NCBI GenBank assembly: GCA_000934665.2
Contig: JYFJ02000754.1
Coordinates: 62,001-109,489 of the forward strand
Direction: 5' to 3'
Length of the DNA: 47,489 bases
Origin: Catajapyx aquilonaris
Taxonomy: Eukaryota
Part shown: in pieces, positions 21,981 through 33,640 of the stretch
Position numbering within the stretch: position 1 is the first letter of the stretch
How the letters are laid out: each line of letters opens with the position of its first letter
Program-made: the position numbers and the translations under genes
Notes under the pieces: generated by a model
The model's input: the letters and a program-made list of their open reading frames with translations, nothing else
Databases searched by the model: none
Told to the model about the DNA's origin: nothing

Positions 21981-24900
21981 TTATCTGTTCTTCACAGGCC
22001 ATGTCTGACCGGTAATTGGGCAATTGGAGGCTATACAGACAACCTGTGAGGTATACCTGCCATATTACAATTGAGAGAGACTATCAAATACTCATGGAAA
22101 CTGACCACTCTTGTCATCTCACGAAAAGAGAAAATGTCGAGCATGTGTGTCTTGATTTTTTATATTATTGCAGCCGCTTAGGTATATGACTTCTTGTGCA
22201 ATATGATGCACACTTAGATAATCTTGTCGATTTCTGGTAGAAAAGCAGTCTAACCCACTCTTTGTTGCACTGCTAACACGTCAAAGTTGGTATAGGCATT
22301 CTGATTCAACCGTAATTATTCATCTGAAACTGTGAAAACAGATGTGTCTTGTCACATTTTTATTACTTGACTAGTGACCATTTCATCCATACTAATTAAG
22401 TTAAATTTGATCTGGCATTGTTCACTGGTGGTCTTCTGGCCCAGGGCAAGTGGTACCCTGCATGTGTCGTTAGATTAGATCATTCTGGACAAATACTAGC
22501 AGTGCCGCATGCCTGGACGCCCAGTGTGTCGTCGATATATCAAGTTATTTTTGTGGATCCTTGTATGCTTGATCTGGGATGGAGCGGAAGGGAAGATGGT
22601 TGACTGCAGGATATACATTGAAGATTGCTATGAGACCCAGTCTCAAGAGAGTTTCCCCAGAATGAGTTCTTGGTGGTCACAATTACATGTGATACGGCGG
22701 CATCTGACCTTCTTGGCTGTTGCATGTCCTTACCCCATATTTCCATATTTTTCTCATCATTCCCCTTCAGTTAAATGAAACTGATCTTGCGGTGTCTGTG
22801 TCTCCACATTAATCTGAAAGTGTGGATTTTTATCTGAAGCTTAGTTGATGAAGCTCTGTAGTAGAAAGTAGTAGAGCTTCGAGCTGTGACAGAGAATTAT
22901 GACATTACTACACACTCTCTCTCTCCCTTCAGCAGTGTATGGCATCCAATTCTTGTGCCGCTGAGTTGTCTTTTGGTCTTGTGGATGTTGCTGTTTAGCC
23001 CATGGAATAAGCTTGTCTCTATAATGGAAATGTTTCTACCATACGCTCTTCGCTATTAGTGTCTGACCTGAATGTCATCAGTTTTTTCTTGCTGCATGTC
23101 AAGGTCCGATTCAAGACTCTGATTTTAATATTAACGCAATATTATATGCACATAATTTGCAGTGTGGTACACGTTATGTTTAGGATAATCCAAGAGAAAA
23201 AAATGCTGTATTCGTCATGATTAATATTCCCCCTTCCTCGTTAATTATGCAAATATTAGCTCTCTTTGCATTGGAATGTGGAGAAGGGAGAAGCAGTCAC
23301 ATTCATCAGAAATTTATTAGACGTCACTTTCTGTTTTTGATGTGATTTGATCAATTGCGTATGACTCGACGTAGAGTCGGAGCTTTCCTCCTCTGCTGTG
23401 CTGTTATTCTTTGGTCGTGAAATCCATTGACAGGATTTAGGTGCATGAGAGTAAAGCAGGTTGATCAGAGCATGCTGTGTTTTTGTTGTTGGCGTACTTC
23501 ATAACAATACCTTCTACTGTGGCAGGTGTTCGTCGCACCAACCGTGTAGCAGTATGTTATGTGATTTGTGACTTGTAGTTTTGTATTTAGGCAGAGGTTT
23601 CCGTCATTTTCGTACCCTCATCAGCAGGGCAGAAGAGTTTCTTGGCACAGAGCACCCTATTGTTAGATGGATTAGTGTATAGGTGTACATTCCAGTGATT
23701 CGCCTAACACACTGCTCATGGTGACTAACAGCTGAGAGGATCTCAAGACTTTAAACCAGCCATGGAGAGGTGGGTGTCTCACTCTTACATACCACGTACA
23801 GTAGCTGGTCTCACTTTGAACTGATATTATGTACCGTGTGCACCTTATGAACGAAAATTGCAAATAACACAACTGTGTGCTCGTTATATTCAATTACTGT
23901 ATATGAAATAATTCAGTTATGTAATCGTTCTTTCAATTTCATCTGCGAGAGAAGTCTTTGTAATGTGTACCCGCATCATGTAGGGGTTGCACTAACTAGA
24001 CTATAGTCATACTCCGCTGAAGTTGTTGTGCACTCATTCTTGTGTCATGCGGTTTCAATATAGTTTTATTCTTGGGCCAAACCTAAACCTTGTGGGGTCA
24101 TTGAAGTCGATATTTGGTTGCAGTTTATGATAAGTAATACGGACATTAACGGCTGCAGACGTTACATGAATTAGCGCCACATCATACGGAGCACTGGAGT
24201 TGCTTCAGCTGTTTCTTTGCTAATTCTCACGTCTTCATGTGGAAATTGATGGATGGAATAGTGTTGGTGCTCTGAATCACAAGTATTTCCATGACATACA
24301 CTTGCCGCGGTGAATTGGGCAACGTACTCTGCCATCGAGGATTCCTACTTCACTTCCACCGGGAGGAGACCAAAATGCAACACTTTCTCATCAGTTTGTT
24401 GAATAATATTTTTAAATTTTTCAAGCAGTATGATAGGATTTGCTACATGAACTACGATTTAGTCATGTGGTGGTTCAACTCGCATGAAAGTTTCAATATA
24501 TTGTAATGTCCGCACCTTGGGGTTCCGTCAAATAATTTTTACTAACTTAGATCTTTCTGAGAATGTGATCTAAAACGTAAGACTGTTCTCATTGATATAC
24601 GTGGTTAGGATGCTGCCGTCGCATTACTGAGCGTGGCAGTGAGTGTGTTGTGTGCTCTGGAAATAATACTGGTAGTAATATGCCTTCCCATCTTGCCACG
24701 CAGTATAGTCACCAGCACAACAGTGATTTTCCATCGCGGTCAGAAGGAATTGCTGATTGGGTAGTAGTGATGGGAGCCTCTTCCGGCATTAGCCCTGGGA
24801 TGCTATGTCGTGGCTTATGCCTACTCGGATTGAGCCACACGACTCCTATGGTCTAGAATCTATACGATGACGTAAGCAAGTATTTGTTTCCAGTCGATTT

Positions 24901-25002
24901 CTGACATTTGCCATCATTCAATTCAGCCGAATGGAAACTAACTTGATAATATTGTGTCGTTTCATTTAGCGCAAAGAACATTTTCTCGAATGGCATTTGA
25001 TT

Positions 25003-25046
25003 TTTTACGTGGAAAGGAAGTATGTTTTACGTGGAAAGGAAGTATG
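25003..25046 (+). repeat. Perfect 22-bp tandem duplication
   Basis: TTTTACGTGGAAAGGAAGTATG twice (25003-25024 and 25025-25046). Confidence 0.95.
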
Positions 25047-27369
25047 CGTGCTTCGCTCCTGTCATGTAGGAGTAAAGAGTACCCCTAAAAAGAAGAGTAA
25101 GCTTCTTTGCCTTCTAAGTGGAATAATTAGCAACCGTTGCTTAGATAAAGTGATAACTTTGCTTTGTTCATGCGAAGTGTCCTTGTAACGTCATGGATCA
25201 TGACTGTGTTTATGAAGTCATTGTTGCAATAATATACTACGGCTGGGCGTTTTTAGATAGGCCGACAGGGTGACCCACGGGAGTGTTTAATATGTCTGTG
25301 GAGGGATATTCACTCTGTTCCTCCTTTGGTAAGCCTCCATGGACGAGATGGTCAGGTATTACCTGTCAGTCAGAATTAAATCGTTCTACATGCCGGAATT
25401 ATTTTACTGTTCTCACGACATTTATTCACTTCGTTCCATGTTGCATGTCACCCTGTCACTCAGTAACAAAGTTAGAGGCTTCTGCCAAACTGCCATCATA
25501 TCATTGTATGAGACAGTAAGGCAGGTTGCGTTTTGGATATCCAGCACATCATTGCGTCGGGATATCCCGCTAATGCGGCTTTGTACTGCTCTTGTTACAA
25601 TCTGAAAAGGGAAAGTCAAATTATCGCTATTCGAGTCGTTACAATATCAAGATATGATTTACCATCCCCTATTATTGTCATTTAATATGCTCGCTGGGTC
25701 GTTAAATTGCGCGAATTTTTTACCTTCCTGGAACTTAGCTTTGATAACGAGCCGTTACTGTTCATTTTATGCCAAGGTAATTATCGGTTCAAATGCCATG
25801 AAGTGTTCCGCGTTAGAAACAAAGTAAATGCAAAACATTATGCGTATTTATATTGCACTTGATTTGAACACTTTGCGAATTATCCCTGTACTGCATATAA
25901 TTACTGGATTTGAAGGGAACTTGTAGTCCTTTCAACTAACTGCTGTATGCAAATAATTCTTCCTTCATGACATCAGATGTGTTGGTCCTTGACACCCGTT
26001 TTATTCACTTCTTCATTGCCCAGCCAATTTTCAAGCCATCGAGCGTGTTATAAGGAATGCCTTCACGATCACAATACCAAAATAATTTGCTGGATCAAAA
26101 TTAATGTTGCTCCATTGCCTCCATCATGTCTGTGGCTCTCAGTTAGATCTCGAGAGTCTTCTTCTCGAATTGAAATATTGTGCTGTAATTATTCCAATTT
26201 CCACATGAATAATGTTCGTCTTATTATTGTACAGTACCACTAATATTCCACCAATATTACTGGTCGACATAGACTCCACAATGTCTTTGTGGTCTCTTCA
26301 TGTTTTAGCATCATGAGAACATGGATGATAAACATGTCGCTCTCTACCTGCAAATGCATCCAACTGGGGTGCCCTTTCCGGCGAGGTGTAGTGCTGAATA
26401 TGAAGGAAAGAAACGACCACGTCCTCCGCCTCATTCATTTTTCAGTATGACGAGCGTTTTGAGGTCTTGCGTTATTTCCAGCAATTGTTTGGACCAGAGA
26501 GCGGCAGTGACACGATCGTTGTTGTTTTTTGAAAGGGAGCTGCTGCAAGCGAGTGTTCTCAATTACATTTTATGTGTGGTTTAACATTCAATCACTGAGG
26601 TTGTGGTATATGCTAGTCATCCGCAGAGAATTGAGGATTATACGTAGAGTGTACTGTACATAGAGTTCATTGTTGTTGTGTTCGTAGCCCTTTTAGATCG
26701 TAATTTGTGGTTGATGCGTTATGACTACTCCCTTGTTTTTCTTCCAAGGAGAAAGTTGGATGAAGGCCAAGTGGTTGGGCATGTCTGCTGTCACTTAAGG
26801 TTAGAGTGGATAATTATGTTCCCCATCCGTCGTTATTTGATGATGGTAAAACTCCCTATTGTTACAATGTGACCATATTGATCAATTCAGGCCTTTCTGG
26901 GTCATACGATATTGGGGTTCTTGCCACTTGAACTTGTTCTTGGCCCGTAACCTTTTCCGGGTCGTAAGTACTGGCAATGACGTTGTCTGTTTCCTCTGCA
27001 AGCCAACCTTAGATAAATATCGATCCCTTGCCCCTTGTGTTAGCGAAAAAAGCGACAATTACATTATGCATATAGAACAAGTCCGAGGGGGGCATAGGAA
27101 GTACGTCTGCCAAGGTCTTGTATGGAGCTTGGCCTAAAAGTTATGTTATATAATTTTTATTAATAATTTTTAACCAAATCCATGTGAACACATTGCTAGA
27201 TTAGATCATCTTGTATCAGAGTTCGTACCTCTGTCTGGTCACTTTGGGCTGTTGCTTCCGTGGTCTGGCATGCCACTTGCGATAATACATTTCGTTGTTC
27301 TTGCCCTTCAGAAAGGACGTGCATACTAACACTGTACGGAAGTTATTGGGCCTTGCCCTGCCTCTCTCC

Positions 27370-27500
27370 CCCTCTATGCGATAATGTGTATGTTCCTTTC
27401 TCTGCTGAATGTAAAGCAGGGTTCATCAGTCTACATGATGGTACCTCTGACGATATCCCGAAAGGGCAGTGCCCATATTCACGTTGTGTGAACTTCCACA
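27370..27500 (-). pseudogene. Possible Merlin/IS1595-like transposase fragment
   Basis: LPFRDIVRGTIM*TDE ... HTHYRI resembles the GT.I.TDE....Y.H..V motif; degenerate. Confidence 0.25.
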
Positions 27501-27504
27501 ATAA

Positions 27505-27726
27505 GGGCCGAATTCAGAGAGGTTGCTTAATGTAAACGCGCCCGATTAAATCCCTTTAGTCATCCTCGATTAGCAAATTTAAAAGTGCTAGCAAGTGCGA
27601 TTAGGGGGGCGTTTAGCGCTAATCGCCGTCTTTGTATTAGCAGGTTGATTAAATTTGCTAATCGAGGCTGACTAAAGGGATTTAATCGGGCGCGTTTACG
27701 TTAAGCAACCTCTCTGAATTCAGCCC
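27505..27726. mobile_element. 222-bp fold-back MITE (non-autonomous DNA element)
   Basis: 78-bp inverted arms at 27505-27582 (GGGCCGAATTCAGAGAGGTTGCTTAA...) and 27649-27726 (...TTAAGCAACCTCTCTGAATTCAGCCC) with only a few mismatches. Inner GCGATTAG/CTAATCGC and TGCTA/TAGCA also pair. The flanks (TAA left, CTG right) do not form a clean TSD. Confidence 0.85.
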
Positions 27727-28239
27727 CTGTTATTCCCGCCATGCAGATCCGGCAACGTTGGTGACGTCATGAATAGTCGTCGCCATCTTTGAGGTGCGCT
27801 CTGAAACTAGGTGGTGGGACAAACTTACGCAAATTTTTCGCATAAAAACGTGCCATAATAACGGCCTTATTGGGCTTAATGATGGGCACCATGTGTTTCG
27901 TACCAGCAATAACAATGTTAAGAAAATGCGTCACTCTCAAACAAACCCAGAGTGTTAACACGTGGTCTCCTTTTTCCGTTTTATGAACGCACTCCAGTCG
28001 CCATCTTGTTTCCTTGGAATGCTGCACCTTGATGGCCTCTTTCTCACTTCTTTGATCCCCCAGCAAGGTCCACCTTCCCCCCCGTGGCCCAGCCCTCCAT
28101 TCCCCCTGCGATGAGGTCTGCCTTGGACGACCAGGAATCACACATAGGATGGAGGTGAATATTTCCTCATTTGGTCCTGTGGCCGAAGGCCTGTCTATTT
28201 CAAAATCTATGATGTTCAGTGTCGAATCCTTCGAGAGAA

Positions 28240-28535
28240 TGGATCCGAAATATTATACTAGACACTCTTTTGTTACGACACAAATATACACAGTATTGTA
28301 GGCTTGGGGAATAATTCATATCATATGCAGGGTACTTGTAAACACACATTCTACTTGCAGACAAAGGATTTTCTGTCAGACAAACATGGCTTGTGGGTAT
28401 CGAGTATGGCACTGCCTGAAATAATTTTTCCTCTTAGTTTACTTGACTAGTGGTAGCCACATGCTGGACACAATTACAGGGTGGACATCCTCCTCTTTTC
28501 ATCACAGAACACGACTGGACGACCTAAGTGGAAAA
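28240..28535 (+). repeat. Dispersed module; copy at ~31130-31445; may derive from an IS630-Tc1-mariner transposase on minus
   Basis: TATACTAGACACTCTTTTGTTACGACACAAATATAC, CAGTATTGTAGGCTTGGGGAATAATTCAT, TGACTAGTGG, GACATCCTCCTCTTTTCATCAC and CCTAAGTGGAAAA are shared. Minus translations RPVVFCDEKR and QVVFSDEKR resemble a first-D motif. Confidence 0.9.
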
Positions 28536-28660
28536 TAGGCTCTGGGTGAGATTAAAAGTAAGAAACAAGCTGGAAACAAGTCCATATAGGTGGGGGTTGG
28601 TTCATGTCATAGGGATGTGTGATGATTAAATTTAATTCAAAACATTCGTGCTTTGGGGCT

Positions 28661-28727
28661 GGGAAGAATTAGGCAGAGTATGAGAGTCGGAGGAGTACAT
28701 TAAAGCGATATCTGCCTAATTCTTCCC
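28661..28727. repeat. Perfect 17-bp inverted repeat with 33-nt spacer
   Basis: GGGAAGAATTAGGCAGA (28661-28677) and TCTGCCTAATTCTTCCC (28711-28727). Confidence 0.95.
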
Positions 28728-31700
28728 GTGAGAACAGGAGGAAGAACAGGTCGGGTAAATCATAAACAATAAAAGACTGCCAAGAGAATCCTAACTTAAC
28801 CTCCATTTAAGAGGGGAGACAACAGCAAATCAGGATGTACATCACTATCGCATCATTCTCGCAATTTAGCCTTCTTACATACAGCTTGAAAAAATCGAAA
28901 TAATTCAAACAATTCAGTACAAGTGAGGTGGGTGCACAGAATTGATGTTCAAATATTACGGTTATGACATCAATATTTCCCTAATGACATCAATGGCAGG
29001 AGCAGTCCGACATTCTTGAATCTCCTGTCATGTCTCCTCTGCTGTTGAAGCGGGTATGACTTGAGAGTTGCAATATGCCAATCTCTCAAACTCGTTCGCT
29101 CACGTGCAAGTAGGCGTCATTTGCCATGCGAAGTAATGAAACTTTTTCTTAAGTGTGCTTGTCTCTGCATGACTTCATATTAATCATTTTCAGTCACGTA
29201 GTTTCGTACACTTTTTATTATTCCAAAAAGAGTGTATGATAGCCAAGATTCTTTTGTTGGGCAAGTTTTCTGTCACTAAGGTTGGAGTGGGTATGTACCC
29301 TGTCCGGCGCTCTGTGAACATAGGTAGGTGACATTTATTTCACCGGTCGATGTGTAGCATCCCGGGTAATACGGCTATGGAACCGGCGAAGTCATTTGGT
29401 TAATAGATGTCCTGGTACCTTCTACAGTATACACATATTTTCCATGTATGACGCATTATGTCCATGCACTGCAAATTGTGCTGCATAATTATTTCCATGC
29501 AATTTCTTTTCTTGGTTTCTTCGCCTTTTTGTTGAGATAGCCTGCCGCTTTACATAGGTTTATGGAGGAATTTTCGTCGGAACATTTTTTTAAAGCTGGA
29601 AACTAAAGTTTGGTCCCGTTTGTCATTTTCATTTTGCAAGGTTTGGGTTGGAATAATATATGCCTTGTTGCTTTATACACAGCATATTTCTGCTGGATGG
29701 AAGTAAAAATAAAGGACTGTTTACTCAGAGGCTTGTCCGTGTGTGGTAATATTGTTTGGCCTCATTTTGTTCACGACCATTGCTCGTGTTGTAACTCATA
29801 ATCCTCTCAGTTGAGATTCTATTTTGTCAACTATTTCATATTGCTTGATATGGCAGTGCTGAAAGGTCTTGAGGTGAGTTTTATTCACAGGAAGTATTGT
29901 CGGTATGTGCAAGTATGGTGTCCTTCTGCAACATGCAGAGGAGGTGTGTCTCCCTCTTCGTCAGTCTGCAGTGTTTAGTGAACATGGACATCAATGGAGA
30001 TGTCATTCATATAATGTGCCTTCTTATATATCCTCCACATAACCCGGCTGAAGTGAGAATTGAACGTAATAAAAGGACCAATAGGTAGTTTGTATGACCG
30101 ATGGCTCATTACAGTGTAGCAGTTGCAGGAGTTTCTATACAACAGGAGATGAGTCAATCTTCTGGATTCTCTTGTTGTGGTTTTGAATACAACAAACCCC
30201 AGCGAGCAACACGCATGCCTTGAAGACAAGGAGAGTCATTATAGAAACTAATAAAAAGAAGACTATAATCTTACACTTAGTTATGCAATATGCAGTGCAC
30301 ATGACTATTACTTAACGGAACGTACTGAATAGGATCTATCTCGCTCTGGTGATACATTACTACCGTTATTTTTCTCACAAGGACAGTTTGGCATCGTGTG
30401 AATCGCCCGATTGTTGCATTTCGGTATTTCCACTTGCCCCAGTGCCCGTCGTAAGAGAGGACATGTGCTCTGAAGTTTTCTTTGGTAACTTTTTCTAGAA
30501 ATGACGTGTTTCCCCCATAAGACCCATCCTCTCACAATTGTGCTCGTGGTATGACAAGTTATCCACGGATTATGGAAATGCAACTAATTAGATAATTCTC
30601 TTGCATGTGGCATTTGAAAAGTCGATCATGCTTGTACGTATGACCTTAGGCGCCTTGGGTGATATCCGGAAGGTGAGCGAAGTGTCTTTTGGTCTGAGCT
30701 ACGTAATGGTTAAACAGAAGAGCGCTTGAAGACTAAAATAATTATCACGTGTCAGAATATTTAATTCTTCTGGGATGCAGCATCATTCCAGCTGTACTGC
30801 AGCACTAGCGTGGGTGCCACTGGTCGTCTTCTCCAACTTACGACCCGTCACACCCTATGTTAAAATTATCTTGGAGGTCGTGTCATCTGGCGAGGGTTGT
30901 GCTGCTCCTTCCGGAGAAATTTTTAGTCTTTGGTGACAATTGTTGTACAGTCACGTAACATTCACTAAGCTCACTTTGTTATATTGCCATAGACAGTATA
31001 AATTTTTTAAGGCAACTTCTTTCTCCGGGGGAAAAAAAAAATCTGATAGGATATCCGCCGTCTCCAGAGGTCGTCCATCCTATCTCCATGTTCGGGCGTG
31101 GTGCTCTTCAATGTCAAATCCATGGAGAGAATGATCCGAAATATTTATTATACTAGACACTCTTTTGTTACGACACAAATATACAGTATTGTAGGCTTGG
31201 GGAATAATTCATCTCATATGCAGGGTACGTGTAAACACACATTCTACCTGCAGACGAGTCTTAATAAGATTGAATCGAGCATTTTCCGTCAAATGGCTTG
31301 TGAGTATCAAGTATGGCTCTGCCTGAAATCATGTTTCCTCTTAGTTGACTTGACTAGTGGAAGCCACATGCTGATGGACACAATTACAGGGTAGACATCC
31401 TCCTCTTTTCATCACTGAACACCACTTGGCAACCTAAGTGGAAAAGCAATGAAACTCTCTGGTAGAGGACATTCCACACTGTTTATGTGATTATCTTGTG
31501 TATTATTTAAATTTAGGTTTAGGAGAAGGTTATCTAAAAATATTGAAATATTGACACTGTAAACTACCCTGGGAACTTCAGTTGACTTGGTGTTCATCTC
31601 TCTGTGAGATATGACTTTGTCCCATTCCTTGACATCGAAATTCGCGTAGGTTGGCATAGCCTGCACAACGTAACACCGGTTTATGATAATAATGGACGGC

Positions 31701-32350
31701 ATAGCGAGTGCAACATTCACGGGAAATTTTCACGTAACTCGGACCATGTTTCAAGAGTACAAGGTCTTTTTGTACAAACCGGATGATGATCATTTTAAAC
31801 TTCTTGTGCTTCTAATACATTGAATATTTCTTGCCTTGTCAGTGATACATTTTTCTACCCGAATATTTTTTTGTGCTCAGGTTATTTCTTTTACACATTG
31901 GTGTGTAGCATGCAGCGATCACTTGTTGTCAATTGTTAGTCCAAGTTAGTCTCTGTCATACATCGGGTATCCTGTCTACTTATCTAGACTCCGAATTTCT
32001 TGAATATTTCAGGACATTGTGGAATGTAACATGAGCAAAATCATTCGGTTAATGGATGTCCTGGTACACCCTATACACATATTTTCCATGCATGACGCAT
32101 TATGCTCTTAATATTGCTGCGATGCTACCTTTATTTGTCTGTATACTCAGCATAGGAAACTGGGAGTAGTCCTTATCTGATGGTATTTAATGGACCTACT
32201 CCGACCCAGTCCGGGCTTCCGGCGGCTAGAGTAGCGTTTTATGGAGGAGTAATATTTTCTTCTTCATCCCCTTCTGAGTTGGGTTGTCGACCACGAGTTT
32301 GTGTGGAGGGGGCATATAATAGTTTATCTGCTCAGTCATATTGTCGAAGC

Positions 32351-33050
32351 CTAGGTCCCCGAAGAACCTTCTACGCTGAATTCCAGACATGGGTTATTAT
32401 CCTCCACTGGATGAATACTGAGTACTGGAAAAGTAGTGACATCATCCTCTTCTTGCTGGTTGTCATTGTTGTCTTCTTCTTCATGCTGATAAGTTTTGGT
32501 GGCTTCTTCTTGGTCATCCTCCGACCACTCGCCAAATAGATCAAAGAGTAACTTCTTACTGTTTCTCTCTGATACTGCTGGAGAAGGTTGTGCATGGTTT
32601 TGTAGTTCCACGACATCTTCATCGCTGGTAGACGGACCGAAGATTGACATTACCGTAATCTTCCTCCTTTTTATAGCTGTAGTGGACTGTTCTCGATGGA
32701 CTACTTCTGCTTAATCTTCTTCATCATAGTGTTGAAACAGGTAGTTCCCAATTTTCCTCTTCCAAAAAGGAGTCGAGTTCCCTCTGTGTACAACATATGG
32801 ACTACCCTGACCAGGCTTCATAACCTCAAAAATTACAGGACTCCTTCTGATTATCCTGTAAGGCCCATTCCACGACTTGTGAAGTTTTCTACTTAGACCT
32901 TTAGGGCAATAAGGGTTGTGGACTTACACAAGATCACCCTCACTGAGAGTTGTCTGTGGCGAAATCCGCGATGATTTTTTTCTGTTTATGGAAAAAGCTT
33001 TACGGAGTCTACCTTTTACCAGTTGAAAAGTGTTTTGTAGATTGGACACC
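32351..33050 (-). pseudogene. Gypsy integrase C-terminus (GPY/F module) with acidic tail
   Basis: LSEGDLV*VHNPYCPKGLSRKLHKSWNGPYRIIRRSPVIFEV...PYVVHR is the GD.V...KL...W.GPY.I...VVH signature. It is followed downstream by a D/E-rich frame (32351-32650). Confidence 0.85.
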
Positions 33051-33328
33051 AATTTTTTGATAAATTCACTCAGAATGAAATCAGTATGATGATATAATAA
33101 TGAAGGTGTCCCACTACATCTTATCAATGGACGTAATCATAGCCAACACATTTCGTATCAGATCAAAACAGTTGAACAGATGATTTTGTGTTGGTCAATG
33201 TGTCATGAACTGTCCCCAAATTGAGGTTCCACACTTCTTTGACACTGGATCAATTGGTGTATCCTGTCCATGATGCCTTCAATTCAGAGTCAGTTCCGGT
33301 TGTAGGTGGCATCTGGGCTGGAGAGGTG

Positions 33329-33640
33329 CTACTGGAAACGTGCCTGAATAATCCGTTGGCGTACTGCTGCCCCTCTGGCTCTCAATGTCTCCCCTTCATC
33401 ATAATCTTCGTTGAAGACATCAAATTCTGGGGCGTCATCCTCAGTTGGAACTGGCACTTCGCCGTCATCTTCTGGGTCAGGAAGGCGATGTTCAATGCAG
33501 ATGTCATGGAGTGCTACACATACATTGGCCACCTGAGACACCTTCTCTGGCTTCAAGTGTAGTGTTCGATGACGGAGGAGGCAGCGGAATCTTGACTTCA
33601 GCACACGAAAGCATTTTTCGACCACATCCTGTGCCGGACC
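33329..33640 (-). pseudogene. PIF/Harbinger transposase C-terminal fragment
   Basis: VVEKCFRVLKSRFRCLLRHRTLHLKPEKVSQVANVCVALHDICI + acidic linker + GAAVRQRIIQARF*, a typical Harbinger C-terminus with the catalytic E. Confidence 0.88.

Noticed and set aside
29925..29970. DEEGDTPPLHVA (minus) as an ankyrin repeat
   Set aside because: It is a single imperfect motif and is not kept in the duplicate copy at ~6800-6840.
31604..31786. Plus-strand VPFLDIEI as a Penelope RT motif, which would break the orientation rule
   Set aside because: It lacks the following T..YRK.T motif and any other RT context. Kept only as an alternative to the RdRp idea.
32351..32420. HPVEDNNPCLEFSVEGS resembling the start of a Polinton/adintovirus capsid protein
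   Set aside because: It ends in a stop at once with no further capsid similarity, and it lies in the acidic tail downstream of a Gypsy integrase.
32696..32896. ORF listed on the minus strand (MDYFCLIFF...)
   Set aside because: That peptide actually reads from ATG at 32696 on the plus strand, so the strand label looks wrong. The real signal here is the minus-strand Gypsy GPY motif.
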